From the NCBI GenBank assembly GCA_030390025.1, contig CM059431.1:153514001-153578000 (forward strand): DNA of 64,000 nt, in the 5' to 3' direction. The position numbers were made by a program, and so were the translations under genes. Each line of letters begins with the position of its first letter. Within the stretch, counting starts at the first letter, position 1. This document shows, one piece after another, positions 62,110 to 64,000 of the stretch. The notes beneath the pieces are model-generated. The model was not told the origin of the DNA and did not search any database. It was given only the letters and a program-made list of their open reading frames with translations. This DNA comes from Squalus acanthias. Lineage: Eukaryota.

Positions 62110-64000
62110 CAGTGGGGGGGGAGCGGGGGGCGGTCCCGGTGGAGAGAAATCTAGAATGCTAAAGAGAAAAGTCAAGAAATCAGTGCAGGAAAGTGATTGG
62201 GGTAAGGACAACCAGATTGTGTCAGGAAGGGACATAGCGTAGAAACAACGTAGTGCACTAAAAAATAGGGTCCGGGTAAGAAAAAATGGTAATAAGACAA
62301 ATAGGGACACAGTAAAAAAAATGTTTAAGATGTCTAAAAATGTTAAAAAGACAAATCTAAAGGCACTGTATCTGAATGCACGAAGCATTCGTGATAAGGT
62401 AGATAAATTGACAGCGCAAATTGATGTAAATGGATACGATATCATTGCGATTACGGAGACCTGGCTGCAGGGTGACCAAGGTTGGGAGCTGAATATCCAA
62501 GGATATTCGATAGTAAGGAAGGAAAGGCTAAAAGGAAAAGGAGATGGGTGGCTTTGTTATTAAAGGATGTAATCAGAGCAATGGTGATAAATGATATTGG
62601 CTCAGAAAATCAAGATGTAGAATCTGTCTGGATGGAGCTACGAAGCACTAAGGGGAAGAAAACATTGGTGGGAGTTGTCTATCGGCCTCCAAAGAGTAGT
62701 GGTGTTGTAGGGGATGGGATTAAACAGGTAATTATAGATGCATGTAAAAAGGGTACTACAGTAATCATGGGTGACTTTAATCTACATATAGACTGGCCAA
62801 ACCAAATTAGCAATAATACAGTGGAGGATGAATTCCTGGAGTGTGTACGAGATGTCTTTTTAGATCAGTACGTTGAGGAGCCAACTAGGTAACAGGCTAT
62901 CCTAGATTGGGTATTGTGCAATGAGGAGGGGTTAATTAATAATCGTGTTGTGCAGAGTCCTTTAGGGAAGAGAGACCATAACATGAGGAATTCTTCATTT
63001 AGATGGAATGTGAAGAATTCCAATCCGAAACTAGGGTCCTAACTCGAAACAAAGGAAACTACGAAGGTATGAGGAGTGAGTTGGCTATGATAGATTGGGG
63101 AGCTTCATTAAAAGGCATGCTGGTCGATAGGCAGTGGCTAACATTTAAGGAACGAATGCATGAATTGCAACAGTTATACATTCCTTGCTGGCGCAAAACA
63201 CAAAAGGAAAAGCAGCCCAAACATGGCTAACAAAATAAATTAAGTACAGTATTAGATCCAAAGGGGAGTCATATAAAGTTGCCAGAAAAAGTAGCAATCC
63301 TGGGGATTGGGTGCAGTTTAGAGTTCAGCAAAAATAAATAAGAGATTGATAAAGAGGGGAAAAATAGAGTATGAGAGTAAACTTGCAAGGAACATAAAAG
63401 CAGACTGTAAAAGCTTCTACAAGTATGTAAAAAGAAAAAGATTAGTGAAGACAAATGTAGGTCCCTTACATTCAGACACTGGAGAATTTATAATGGGGAA
63501 CAAGGCAATGGCTGAGCAATTAAACAAATACTTTGGTTCTGTCTTCACGGAAGAGGACAAAAATAACTTCCCAGAAATGCTAGGGAACCAAGGGTCTAGT
63601 GAAAAGGATGATATAAAGGAAATTAGTATTAGCAAAAAAATAGTGCTGGAGAAATTAATGTGACTGAAAGCCGATAATCTGCATCACAGAGTACTGAAAG
63701 AGATAGCCATGGAAATAATGGATGCATTGGTTGTTATCTTCCAAAATTCTATAGATTATGGAACAGTTCCTGAAGATTGGAGGATGGCAAATATAACCAT
63801 ATTATTTAAAAAGGGAGTGAGAGAGAAAACAGGGAACTACAGATCAGTTAGCCTAACATTAGTAGTAGTGAAAATGCTAGAGTCTATTATAAAGGATGTG
63901 ATAATAGGAAACTTGGAAAATATCAACTGGATTAGAAAAAAAAGTTTGGATTTATGAAAGGGAAATCGTGTTTGACAAACCAACTGGAATTTTTTGAGGA
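62110..64000 (+). mobile_element. CR1 ORF2 (APE and start of RT), degenerate, runs off the window end
   Basis: LYLNARSIRDKVDKL, IAITETW, VGVVYRPP, MGDFN, GNYRSVSLT. Confidence 0.9.

Overview
Vertebrate nuclear DNA, almost certainly from a cartilaginous fish (shark-type CR1, RTE, L2, Penelope, V-SINE/HE1-like and Deu-domain SINE sequences). Most of the window is nested retroelements and about eight distinct minisatellite arrays. The only host genes are two convergent, two-exon class A GPCR paralogues of the GPR139/GPR142-like family. Both appear recently disabled: gene A (+, exon 2 at 24201-25102 is intact) has a Penelope element inserted in exon 1, and gene B (-, 54374-56242) has a single in-frame TAA. 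Notable structures include several Penelope-type minimal hammerhead ribozymes, one of them an 88-bp-arm palindrome with a hammerhead on each strand inside the gene B intron. Also present are 33-bp arrays grown from a Deu-SINE core, arrays built from YY1 and CRE motifs, and a CCAAT plus splice-donor module shared by three CR1 5'UTRs. There are no prokaryotic systems, CRISPR arrays, rRNA or tRNA genes. Family names come from recalled motifs, not from database searches, and element boundaries are approximate unless a TSD or splice site is cited.
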